DNA of 64,000 nucleotides from an uncultured Planctomycetota bacterium (GTDB lineage Bacteria; Planctomycetota; PUPC01): NCBI GenBank assembly GCA_964385685.1, contig CAYLQD010000002.1, positions 20,704 to 84,703 of the forward strand, read 5' to 3'. Shown piece by piece: positions 18,134 to 26,346 of this stretch (position 1 is its first letter; each line of letters starts with the position of its first letter). The notes under the pieces were generated by a model. It saw only the letters and a program-made list of their open reading frames with translations, ran no database searches and was not told where the DNA came from. The position numbers and the translations under genes were made by a program.

Positions 18134-18162
18134 TTGGTATAGACGTCCCGAAGCTGTATAAT
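18134..18162 (+). promoter_or_regulatory. Promoter-like TTGGTA-17-TATAAT upstream of the mini-lipoprotein ORF array
   Basis: Read directly. Confidence 0.4.
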
Positions 18163-18224
18163 CGGGGGGTTGGCGGCGGTGTTCGATGGCAACGCCCCGC
18201 AGGTATGCAAGAGGAGGAACCGAC

Positions 18225-18305
18225 GTGATAAAGCTGTTTCTCCTGCTGACGGCCCTGATAATCCTGGCCGGTGGCTGTTCCGACATCTGGCCGTGGCCGC
18301 CGTAG
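18225..18305 (+). CDS. Mini-lipoprotein-like peptide 1 (26 aa): MIKLFLLLTALIILAGGCSDIWPWPP
   Basis: GTG start 7 nt after a GAGGAGG RBS. Hydrophobic signal-like segment plus a 'AGGC' lipobox-like Cys. Paralogous at nucleotide level to ORF 18413-18490. Confidence 0.4.
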   Translation: MIKLFLLLTALIILAGGCSDIWPWPP

Positions 18306-18412
18306 CCCTGAGCGGCGCTGGCGTCTGTCCGAAGGGACCGGCGGCTCTGAAGCGCCGCCGGACCGACTCCGGTGGGCCGCTGTCCGAACCTTCTAGGCAA
18401 GGAGAACTAAAC

Positions 18413-18490
18413 ATGATCAAGCTCGCTATCGTGCTGGCGACCCTGATGAGTCTGGCCAGTGGTTGTTGGTCGGAGATCTGGCGGTTCTGA
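18413..18490 (+). CDS. Mini-lipoprotein-like peptide 2 (25 aa): MIKLAIVLATLMSLASGCWSEIWRF
   Basis: ATG 8 nt after an AAGGAG RBS. Same architecture. Shares the 'S[DE]IW' mature motif with peptide 1. Confidence 0.4.
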   Translation: MIKLAIVLATLMSLASGCWSEIWRF

Positions 18491-18549
18491 CGTTCCGCCC
18501 GGCGATTCCACGGGCTCTTGCCCGAAGCTCTGCGCGTGGGGAACCTCCC

Positions 18550-18627
18550 ATGTCCAAGGTGCTTCTGCTGCTGCTCGCCGTCCTGGCTGCCCTGATCGGC
18601 GGCTGTTCCGAGCTCGGCCCGATGTAG
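18550..18627 (+). CDS. Mini-lipoprotein-like peptide 3 (25 aa): MSKVLLLLLAVLAALIGGCSELGPM
   Basis: Same architecture (hydrophobic N-terminus, 'IGGC', 6-residue tail). Weaker RBS. Confidence 0.3.
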   Translation: MSKVLLLLLAVLAALIGGCSELGPM

Positions 18628-18648
18628 CGCGCTCCGCCGGGTCTGGGA

Positions 18649-18698
18649 ACACGTACCGATCCCCTTCCGCCGAAGACGGAAGGGGCTTCCGGTACATG
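18649..18698 (+). terminator. Long imperfect hairpin after mini-ORF 3 (core CCCCTTCCG-7-CGGAAGGGG), carries the repeat-family 15-mer gaacacgtaccgatc
   Basis: 9-bp perfect stem plus extended outer arms. No T-tract. Confidence 0.3.
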
Positions 18699-18769
18699 TC
18701 CCCGTCCGGTCCCCGTCCGCCGCCGACTCGCCCCGCTCTCGCGAACTGCGCCCTCCCCCCGCCCGTTCG

Positions 18770-18797
18770 TTGCATTAGGCCCAAAAAGCCTTAGAAT
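18770..18797 (+). promoter_or_regulatory. Promoter-like TTGCAT-16-TAGAAT
   Basis: Upstream of the gene at 18822. GAGGAG RBS at 18806. Confidence 0.35.
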
Positions 18798-18821
18798 AGG
18801 GTTCTGAGGAGTACGTGCATC

Positions 18822-19838
18822 ATGCTCAAGAACCACACGTGGCCGATTGCCCTCGTCTGTGTCGCGGCCCTGCTGTGGCCGGCCGTCGGTCGCGCCGCGG
18901 AGCCGCAGATGGTGACGCCGGCGGTGCAGAAGGCCGTCGGCAAGGCGCTCAGTTACTTGAAGCGCACGCAGAACAGCGACGGGTCGTGGGGTTCGTCGAG
19001 CTACGGCCGCCATCCCGCAATCACGGGCCTCGGCGGCATGGCCATGATGGCCGGGGGCAACCTGCCCGGCCGCGGCAAGTACGGCCGGAACGTCGAGCGG
19101 TCCGTCAAGTACCTGACGCGGAACGTCAACCCGTCGACCGGTTTCATCGGCGGCCGGAGTAGCGGCGGGATGTACGGGCACGGCTTTGCGACCCTCTGTC
19201 TGGCCGAGGCCTACGGCATGATGCCGAGCGCCGATCTGCGGAAGAAACTGCGCCTGGCCACGCGCTGCATCATTCGCAGTCAGCGGCCCGACGGCGGCTG
19301 GCGATACGACCCGCGGCCCTACGGCAGCTCCGACCTGTCCGTGACGATCTGCCAGGTCATGGCGCTGCGAGCGGCCAACAACGCCGGCATCAAGGTCGGC
19401 AAGAACACGATCAACCGCGCGGTCCGCTACACCAAACAGAGCGCCGGCTCCGACGGCGGGTTCCAATACATGCTCAACTCGGGCGGCTCGTCATTCGCTC
19501 TGACCGCGGCCGGCGTGACGTGTCTCTACGGCGCCGGGCAGTACGACACCAAGGAGGCGAAGCGCGGGCTCGGGTACCTGAAGAAGCACCTCACCCGCTA
19601 CCGCGGCCAGGGACGCTACGGGCACTACTTCTACGGCCACTACTACGCGGCCCAGGCGATGTATCAGGCGGGCGGGAAGCACTGGGCGTTCTGGTATCCG
19701 AAGGTCCGCGACCAGCTCGTGAGGAATCAACTGTCGAACGGGAGCTGGCAGTCGCACGTCGGCAACACCTACGGGGCGGCGATGGGGGCCCTCATCCTGC
19801 AGGTTCCCTACGGCTACCTGCCCATCTTCCAGCGGTAG
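18822..19838 (+). CDS. Prenyltransferase / squalene-cyclase-repeat (alpha-alpha toroid) secreted protein
   Basis: Signal peptide, then repeated 'Q..DGSWG', 'DGGWRY', 'DGGFQY', 'NGSWQ' QW-type repeats. Confidence 0.6.
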   Translation: MLKNHTWPIALVCVAALLWPAVGRAAEPQMVTPAVQKAVGKALSYLKRTQNSDGSWGSSSYGRHPAITGLGGMAMMAGGNLPGRGKYGRNVERSVKYLTRNVNPSTGFIGGRSSGGMYGHGFATLCLAEAYGMMPSADLRKKLRLATRCIIRSQRPDGGWRYDPRPYGSSDLSVTICQVMALRAANNAGIKVGKNTINRAVRYTKQSAGSDGGFQYMLNSGGSSFALTAAGVTCLYGAGQYDTKEAKRGLGYLKKHLTRYRGQGRYGHYFYGHYYAAQAMYQAGGKHWAFWYPKVRDQLVRNQLSNGSWQSHVGNTYGAAMGALILQVPYGYLPIFQR

Positions 19839-19863
19839 CCGGCGCGCCCGCGAGGAAAGCGCA

Positions 19864-22800
19864 ATGACTCCGGACCGCGTGCAAAGCAAGATTCATTCGC
19901 TCCGGCGCCTGCTGCGGCGGCTGGTCGTCATGGCGGGCGTGTCGCGCGTCCTCCTCATCCTCCTCGGCATCGCCGCCCTCTGCCTGCTGTCCGACTGGAC
20001 GTTTCGCCTGTCGCCCGGCACACGCATCGCGCTGGCGCTGGCCGGGCTGGTCGGCCTGACGGCGGCTGCGTGGCGCTTTCTGCTTCGGCCGCTCCTCGTC
20101 GCCATGCCCGACGACCAGCTCGCGCTGCTCTACGAACGCGAGTTCCCGGAGTTGTCCGGGGCGATGGTCAGCGCCATTCAGCTCGCGCGAGACGCCGGCC
20201 CCGCGTCCCCATCGATGGTGTCCGCCGTCATCGGCCATGCGGAGGAAGCGAGCGGCGAGGTCGTGCCGGCGCGCGTGCCCCGGCGGACGAAACTGAACCG
20301 GCTCGCCGCTGTCGCCTTTGCCGCTGTCGCCGCGGCGATCACGTTCGCGCTCGCGGCGCCGGGCGCCGCCGAGACGTTCGCCCGACGCTACCTCGATCCG
20401 TTCGGGCCGTCCGAATGGCCGCGCAACACGCGGCTCGTCATCGAGGTCGCGGGCTCGACGGACGCCGAGGTCTCCGTCGCCCGTGGCGAGCAGGTGGCGA
20501 TCCGTGTGACGGCCCACAACGCCCGCAACTCGCCGCTCTGGAGCCCGCCCGGCAAGGTCTGGCTCGACTACCAGTTCGGGTCCGACGAGACCGAGTCGCG
20601 GCCGATGCGGCGGACCAAGTCGAACGTCCACGAAGCGTATTTCAATGACCTGCTCGAAGATCTCGTCGTACGCGCCCGCGGCGGCGACGGTCAGGTCGGC
20701 CCCGTGCACGTCAACGTGGTCGAGCTGCCCCGCGTGGTCGAGGCCTGGCTTTCGTTCGAGTATCCGAAGTACACCGGCCTGCCGCCCACTCGGCCCAGCC
20801 GGTCGATTCAGGAGGTCCGGGCCATTGTCGGGACGCGCGTGCACGTCCACGTGCGAGCCAACGCGGCCGTCCGGGACGACGGCGCCGCGATCCGGGTCGA
20901 CCCCGACGCGACTGTTCTGCTGGCCCCCACGGGCGACGACGGGCCGACATACGAGGGGACGTTCGTCCTCGCGTCCGGGATGAAGCGGTTCCGAATCGAA
21001 CTCGCCGACGCGAGCGGCCTGCGGAACAGAAACCCAAGGACGTTTCCCCTTCACGTCGTCGACGACAAGCCGCCGAAGGTCAAGGTGCTGCGGCCCGGCG
21101 GCCAGATCCGCTGCACACCGTTCGCCACGCTGCCCCTCGAGGCGACCATCAAAGACGACCTCGGCGTGCGCCGCGCCTGGCTGCGCTACCTGACCGACCC
21201 GAAACGGCCCGCCCGGCGGCAGGCGCTCGAACTGATCGGCTCCGACCCGCGCGACGCGCCCGTCCGCGCCCGGTGGGACCTGTCCTCGCTCCGCCTGAAA
21301 GTCGGCCAGACGCTTTCGTATCGCGTCGAGGCCAATGACTTCCGCGACGTGTTTCCCGAGGGCTCGGATCAGAAGGAGCAGGTTGGCCGCTCGGACGAGT
21401 ATGTCGTGCGGATCGTATCGTCGGCCGATCTCGCCAATGAACTTGATCAGCGGCTGTTTGCGCTCCGCGACCAATTGAAGCAGGCAAAGACGCAACAGGC
21501 GGCCGGCCGGCGCGAGATCAATACGCTCCTCCGCAAGATCTCCGAGGGACAAGCGCTGACGAACGAGGATCGCGCGCTCGCGTCCCGCGCCGAGAACATC
21601 CAACGCGAGTTGTCGCGCCGCGCCGGCCGGATCGGCGCCGAGGTCGGCCGCGTCCGCGAGCGAATGCAGGACAACCGGATTGGCAGCTTCGCCGACCGCC
21701 GCCGGCTGGACGACGTGCGGGCGTCGCTCGACGACATTGCCGACAACGCGATGCCCCGAGCGGCTCAGTTCATCAAGAACGCCCGCAAGGACCTCACGAG
21801 CCGCGACGGCCGAACGAATCTCCAGACGGCCGCCGGGATTCAGCAGACGATTCTCACGCGGATGGAGAAGATCATCGCGGCGATGGCCCACAATGAGGAC
21901 ATCGATAACCTCGTCCGCGCCGCGCGCGAGCTTCTCCGCAAGCAGCGGGCCATCAAAGCAGGCACGGCCGAACTCGCCCGGCGGGGAACGTTCGGGAAGC
22001 CGCTCAAGGAGCTGACCCCGGTCGATTTCGCCGCCCTGAATCTCCTCGTGCGCAAGGAGAACGGCGCGAGCGACGACATGCGGAACCTCGAGCAGGAAAT
22101 GCTGAACGTCTATCAGCGGCTGAAGGAGCGGGACGCGAAGCGGGCGGAACTCGTCCAGCAGGCGCAGCTCGGGGCCAGCCGCGACCAGATCCGCGTGATG
22201 ATGGACGCGGCGGCCGCCAAGCTGGCGGTGAACCGCGTCGGCCTTGCCGCCGAGCACCAGGACATTGCCATCAAGGGCCTCGAGCGCCTGCTCGAACGGC
22301 TCGAACAGGCGCGCGAGGAGGCCGGCGGCGACGAAGCCCTTCAGCAGGCGATCCACGACGTCGACGACGCCATCGGCGAGGTCGAGCGGCTCCGCAAGCG
22401 ACAGGAGGGCCACGCCGCCGACGCCGGCGAGATCAACGCGAACGCTGAGCAGGCGAAGCGACTCAAACAACTCCGCCGCGAGCTCAAGAAGCTGCGCGAG
22501 GAGCAGGAGCAGAACCGGCTCGACGCGAAGGACGCAGCCAAGTTGCGGGCGGCCGCGGCCAAGGCCGCTCAGCACGCCGCCCGGGCTCAGGGCCTGAAGG
22601 ACGGGCTGGACAAAGAGGCGAAGGCCGCCGCCGCGCAGCGCGCCCCGCAAAGCAAGGATATTGAAAAGGCCGCCGACGCGACCGGCGAGGCCCGAGCCAG
22701 GACCAGCGCCGCCGGCGAGGCCATGCGCCGGGGCGACGGCGAGAAGGCACAGCCGCCCGCCGCCGATGCGGAGCGCAAGCTTGGCGAGGCCGGCGAACAC

Positions 22801-23829
22801 ATCGACCGCGCGATCGAAGCCATCGAGAAGCAGCGCCTCGCCGACACGCGGGAGGCGGCCCTCAAACAGGGCGAGACCGCGAAGGAGGCGGCGCGGGTCG
22901 CCGCCAAGCTCGGCCGCCTCGCCAAAGAGAACGAAAGCGCCTCGCGGCAGGCGTCGACCGAACTGGGGAAGGCCGGCGGCAAGGTCGGCGAGGCCGGGCA
23001 GGACATGCAGGGGGCGCAGGCCAACCTCGACCGGAATGACGCCGGGACTGCGGAGGAGAACGCGACGGAGGCCGCCAGGAAGCTCCGCGACGCGGAAGCT
23101 GCGCTCAAGAAGCTTCGCGACGAACTTCGCGAGAAGCAGAAGCAGCAGACGCTGCTCACGCTGATCGTCGAATTGCAGCCGATGCTTCAGAAGCAGATCG
23201 AGATCAACGACGAGACCCGGCGGATCGACGCCGCGGCCGCGGGCCGCGATTCATCCGAACCCACGCGGCCCGAGAAGGTCCGGCTCGGGCAGCTCGCCGC
23301 CGACGAGGGCGGCCTGGGCTCGAAGGCGTCCGAGCTGCTCAAGAAGGTCGAGGGCGAGAGCGCCCCGGTCTTCGCCTGGGCGTTCCGCAAGGTCACGAAA
23401 GACGCCGACGAGGTCCGCGAGCGACTCGCCCGTTTCGAGACCGACGCCTACACGCAGGATCTCGGGAAGGATATCGCCGACACGCTCCAGATGCTGATCG
23501 ACGCGCTCAAGCGGGAGCAGCGGCGGTCGCAGCGGGCCGGCCACGCCGGCGGACAAGGCAGCCATGCCGGAGGCAAGCCGGTCCTGGTCCCGCCGTCCGC
23601 GCAGCTCAAGCTCCTGAAGCTGCGCGAACTCGTGATTCATAACCGGACCAAACGCGTCGAGCTGAAACGGCTGCTCAAGCCCGGGAAGAAGCTGACGCCG
23701 CTCCAGAAGAAGCGGGTCCGGAAGCTGGCTCAGGAACAGGCCGACCTCGCCGGCCTCACGACCGAACTGGCCGAGGCCCTCGAGCGCGCGGCTCGCGAGG
23801 CCCAGCAGGCCCAGGAGGAAATGCCGTGA
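19864..23829 (+). CDS. Large (1321 aa) membrane-anchored coiled-coil protein, hypothetical
   Basis: Three N-terminal TM helices, a mid beta-rich domain, and a C-terminal about 700 aa extremely rich in A/K/E/R/Q (coiled coil). Confidence 0.6.
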   Translation: MTPDRVQSKIHSLRRLLRRLVVMAGVSRVLLILLGIAALCLLSDWTFRLSPGTRIALALAGLVGLTAAAWRFLLRPLLVAMPDDQLALLYEREFPELSGAMVSAIQLARDAGPASPSMVSAVIGHAEEASGEVVPARVPRRTKLNRLAAVAFAAVAAAITFALAAPGAAETFARRYLDPFGPSEWPRNTRLVIEVAGSTDAEVSVARGEQVAIRVTAHNARNSPLWSPPGKVWLDYQFGSDETESRPMRRTKSNVHEAYFNDLLEDLVVRARGGDGQVGPVHVNVVELPRVVEAWLSFEYPKYTGLPPTRPSRSIQEVRAIVGTRVHVHVRANAAVRDDGAAIRVDPDATVLLAPTGDDGPTYEGTFVLASGMKRFRIELADASGLRNRNPRTFPLHVVDDKPPKVKVLRPGGQIRCTPFATLPLEATIKDDLGVRRAWLRYLTDPKRPARRQALELIGSDPRDAPVRARWDLSSLRLKVGQTLSYRVEANDFRDVFPEGSDQKEQVGRSDEYVVRIVSSADLANELDQRLFALRDQLKQAKTQQAAGRREINTLLRKISEGQALTNEDRALASRAENIQRELSRRAGRIGAEVGRVRERMQDNRIGSFADRRRLDDVRASLDDIADNAMPRAAQFIKNARKDLTSRDGRTNLQTAAGIQQTILTRMEKIIAAMAHNEDIDNLVRAARELLRKQRAIKAGTAELARRGTFGKPLKELTPVDFAALNLLVRKENGASDDMRNLEQEMLNVYQRLKERDAKRAELVQQAQLGASRDQIRVMMDAAAAKLAVNRVGLAAEHQDIAIKGLERLLERLEQAREEAGGDEALQQAIHDVDDAIGEVERLRKRQEGHAADAGEINANAEQAKRLKQLRRELKKLREEQEQNRLDAKDAAKLRAAAAKAAQHAARAQGLKDGLDKEAKAAAAQRAPQSKDIEKAADATGEARARTSAAGEAMRRGDGEKAQPPAADAERKLGEAGEHIDRAIEAIEKQRLADTREAALKQGETAKEAARVAAKLGRLAKENESASRQASTELGKAGGKVGEAGQDMQGAQANLDRNDAGTAEENATEAARKLRDAEAALKKLRDELREKQKQQTLLTLIVELQPMLQKQIEINDETRRIDAAAAGRDSSEPTRPEKVRLGQLAADEGGLGSKASELLKKVEGESAPVFAWAFRKVTKDADEVRERLARFETDAYTQDLGKDIADTLQMLIDALKREQRRSQRAGHAGGQGSHAGGKPVLVPPSAQLKLLKLRELVIHNRTKRVELKRLLKPGKKLTPLQKKRVRKLAQEQADLAGLTTELAEALERAAREAQQAQEEMP

Positions 23830-24392
23830 GACATCCGCCATTCTCCAGTCTTCGGATTCTGATTATTGTCATCGTGCTGAGCGCTGCGTGCGCCGCGAAT
23901 GCCGCCGAGCCCGTCGAGCCGGAGGCACCGGCGCCGAAACCGGAAAACCAGTTCGACAATCCCGTCCGGAAGATCTCCGACCTGATGACAAAGGCAGGGA
24001 AGCTGCTCGAGACGCTCGAAACGGGCGAGCCGACGCAAGAGGAGCAGAAGAAGATTCTTGCCGAACTCGACCGGCTCATCGAGATGGCAGAGAAGTCGTC
24101 CTCTTCGTCGTCGAGCCGGCAGCAGCAACAACAGCAGCAGCAACAGCAGATGCCGCAGCAGCCGAAGAACGCCGGGGCGGGCGGGGGCAGTCGCCCGGCT
24201 CAGGACGAGACGGACAATCTTCGCCCCACCACGGGCCGGCCCGGTTCGGGAGCGCCCGACCTGCGCGAAATCTGGGGCACCCTCCCGCAGAAGACGCGCG
24301 ACGACGTCGATCAGCTCCTCCAGGAGAAGATCCCCGCCAAGTACAAGAAGCTGATCGACCGCTACTTCAGGGCGTTGTCCGAGGAGAAGTGA
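23826..24392 (+). CDS. Secreted protein with poly-Ser/poly-Gln tract, hypothetical
   Basis: GTGA overlap with the upstream gene. Signal peptide 'ILIIVIVLSAACAANA'. 'SSSSSSSRQQQQQQQQQQ'. Confidence 0.5.
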   Translation: MRHPPFSSLRILIIVIVLSAACAANAAEPVEPEAPAPKPENQFDNPVRKISDLMTKAGKLLETLETGEPTQEEQKKILAELDRLIEMAEKSSSSSSSRQQQQQQQQQQMPQQPKNAGAGGGSRPAQDETDNLRPTTGRPGSGAPDLREIWGTLPQKTRDDVDQLLQEKIPAKYKKLIDRYFRALSEEK

Positions 24393-24399
24393 GCGCGGC

Positions 24400-25497
24400 G
24401 TGGCCGACGATACCACCTACGAGCGCATCCTGGTGATGGCCCCGTCGTGGGTCGGCGACGTCGTCATGGCGACCCCGGCCATCCGGGCGCTGCGGCGCCG
24501 GTTCCCCGACGCGCGCATCACCGCCCTCGCCCGCCAGGCGGGCGCGGACGTTCTCGAGCACAATCCCCACCTCGACCGGATCATTGCGTCGGACAAACGG
24601 GGCGTCGGCCCCGAGAGCGCCGGGCTCCGGCAGCTCGTCCGCCTGCTCCGGCGAGAGCGGTTCGACCTTGCCGTCGTGCTGCCGAACTCGTTTCGCACGG
24701 CGCTCTGGGCGCGGCTCTCGGGCGCGCCGCGGCGCGTCGGCTACGCACTCCAGTGGCGCTCGTTCCTGCTCACCGACCGACTGGCCCCGCCGCGCGAGAA
24801 CGGGAAGGTCGTGCCGATCAACATGGTCGATCGCTACCTGGCGGTGTGCGAGCGGATCGGCTGCACCGACCTCTCGCAGCGCGAGGAGCTCTTCGTCGGT
24901 GAGGAAGAGACGGCCGCCGCTGATGGCATCCTCTCAGGGCTGGGCGTCGGAGCCGATGACGAGTTGATCGTCCTGATCCCCGGCGCGTCCTACGGCCCGG
25001 CGAAGCTCTGGGGCGCGGCCAAGTTCGCGGCGGTCGCCGACCGGCTCATCGAGCGCCGCGGCTGCAAGGTGCTCGCCCACGTGGGGCCGGGCGAGGAGGC
25101 CGTTGGGGCGGAAGTGGTCGCGGCATCCGAGCGTGGCGTGCTGCTCGCGCCGCCCGGCGCCGTCGACCTGAAGGTGCTGAAGGGGGTGATCAGCAGAGCG
25201 GCTCTTCTGATTGCCAACGATACGGGGCCCCGCCACTACGCGGTCGCGTTTGGCGTACCCGACGTGGTGATCCTCGGCCCGACCAGCCGCCGCTACATCG
25301 ACGTGAACCTCGACCGCACGGAGCTGCTCCAGGCGGACGTCGCGTGCGGCCCGTGCCAGCTCAAGGTCTGCCCCACAGACCATCGCTGCATGAGGCTCAT
25401 CACGCCCGACGACGTCCTGTCCGCCGCCGAGCGACTCCTGGCGGCGACCCAGGCGCCCGGGGCGCACATTCCTCCCACGCAAGAAGCCGGCAAGTGA
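24400..25497 (+). CDS. Glycosyltransferase family 9 (ADP-heptose:LPS heptosyltransferase-like)
   Basis: 'ILVMAPSWVGDVVMATPAIRALRRRFPDARITAL', 'LIANDTGPRHYAVAFGVP' are typical of RfaF/WaaC. Confidence 0.75.
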   Translation: MADDTTYERILVMAPSWVGDVVMATPAIRALRRRFPDARITALARQAGADVLEHNPHLDRIIASDKRGVGPESAGLRQLVRLLRRERFDLAVVLPNSFRTALWARLSGAPRRVGYALQWRSFLLTDRLAPPRENGKVVPINMVDRYLAVCERIGCTDLSQREELFVGEEETAAADGILSGLGVGADDELIVLIPGASYGPAKLWGAAKFAAVADRLIERRGCKVLAHVGPGEEAVGAEVVAASERGVLLAPPGAVDLKVLKGVISRAALLIANDTGPRHYAVAFGVPDVVILGPTSRRYIDVNLDRTELLQADVACGPCQLKVCPTDHRCMRLITPDDVLSAAERLLAATQAPGAHIPPTQEAGK

Positions 25498-25522
25498 AAT
25501 CAGGGGTTGGCTCGGCGACCCG

Positions 25523-26296
25523 CTACTTCGGGGCGACCTCAGCCGGCGCCTCCGTCTTCTCGGCGGGCGCCGCTTCGGCGTCCTCCGCCGAGGCCTCTTC
25601 AACGGCGAACCGGATCTCGACACGGCGGTTCTTGGCCCGGCCCGCGGCCGTGTCGTTCTTTGCGATCGGCCGTTCGCTGCCCCAGCCGCGGAGGACCAGG
25701 CGCTTGCCCGGAACGCCCTTGCTGATGAGCACGCGGCCGACTGCCGCGGCCCGCGCGAGCGACAGGCCGAGGTTGTCGGTGTACTTCCGCCGCGCCTCAA
25801 GACTGGCGACGGGCGAGTTATCACTGTGGCCGTCGACGTAAACGGGGCCCTTCGTCGCGGCGAGCGTCTTCGCGAGCGCTTGCAGGTTCGCCATCGCGTC
25901 GGGCGCGACCTTCGCACCGCCCAGCGCAAACGAGACGGTCGCCTGAATGCCGCCCTCCTTGTCGATCCGGACGCCGGGAATCTGCCGGATCCGGTCGACG
26001 AATGCGCCCCCGAGCGCGTCGTATTTCTTCTGGGCGTCCGCCGCCTCGGTCTTCGCGGCCGCCAGTTGGTTGGTCAGTTCCTTCTCCCGGGCCGCCGCCT
26101 TGTCGACGAGGACCTGGAGTTCGCCCTTCTCCGTCTCTTCGGTGCGCAGTTTCTCGGCATAGGCCGTTGCGTTGGCCTTGGCCGCCTGGATCCGGGTCGT
26201 CAGCTCAGCCACCGTGTCGTCGTGGGTCCCCTGCGTCACGCAACCGCCTGCCGACACCGCCAGAACGGCAAACCACATCATGACTACGCGCAACAT
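25523..26296 (-). CDS. OmpA-family lipoprotein
   Basis: Lipobox 'VSAGGC', coiled coil, C-terminal OmpA-like domain 'YTDNLGLSLARAAAV...NRRVEI'. Confidence 0.7.
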   Translation of the reverse strand: MLRVVMMWFAVLAVSAGGCVTQGTHDDTVAELTTRIQAAKANATAYAEKLRTEETEKGELQVLVDKAAAREKELTNQLAAAKTEAADAQKKYDALGGAFVDRIRQIPGVRIDKEGGIQATVSFALGGAKVAPDAMANLQALAKTLAATKGPVYVDGHSDNSPVASLEARRKYTDNLGLSLARAAAVGRVLISKGVPGKRLVLRGWGSERPIAKNDTAAGRAKNRRVEIRFAVEEASAEDAEAAPAEKTEAPAEVAPK

Positions 26297-26346
26297 ATCC
26301 GCTTCTCCCTTCTAAACGACCGCCCTGCGACCCACTCCGTGTGGGT

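Noticed and set aside
18170-18490. 106-aa plus-strand ORF in the mini-peptide island
   Set aside because: It only exists because it runs in frame into mini-ORF 2. Its N-terminal part overlaps mini-ORF 1 in another frame and has no RBS or recognisable features. The short ORFs with strong RBSs explain the region better.
19792-22800. 1002-aa minus-strand ORF
   Set aside because: It is antisense to the 1321-aa coiled-coil gene. Its low-complexity Gly/Arg/Leu composition is typical of antisense GC-rich frames.
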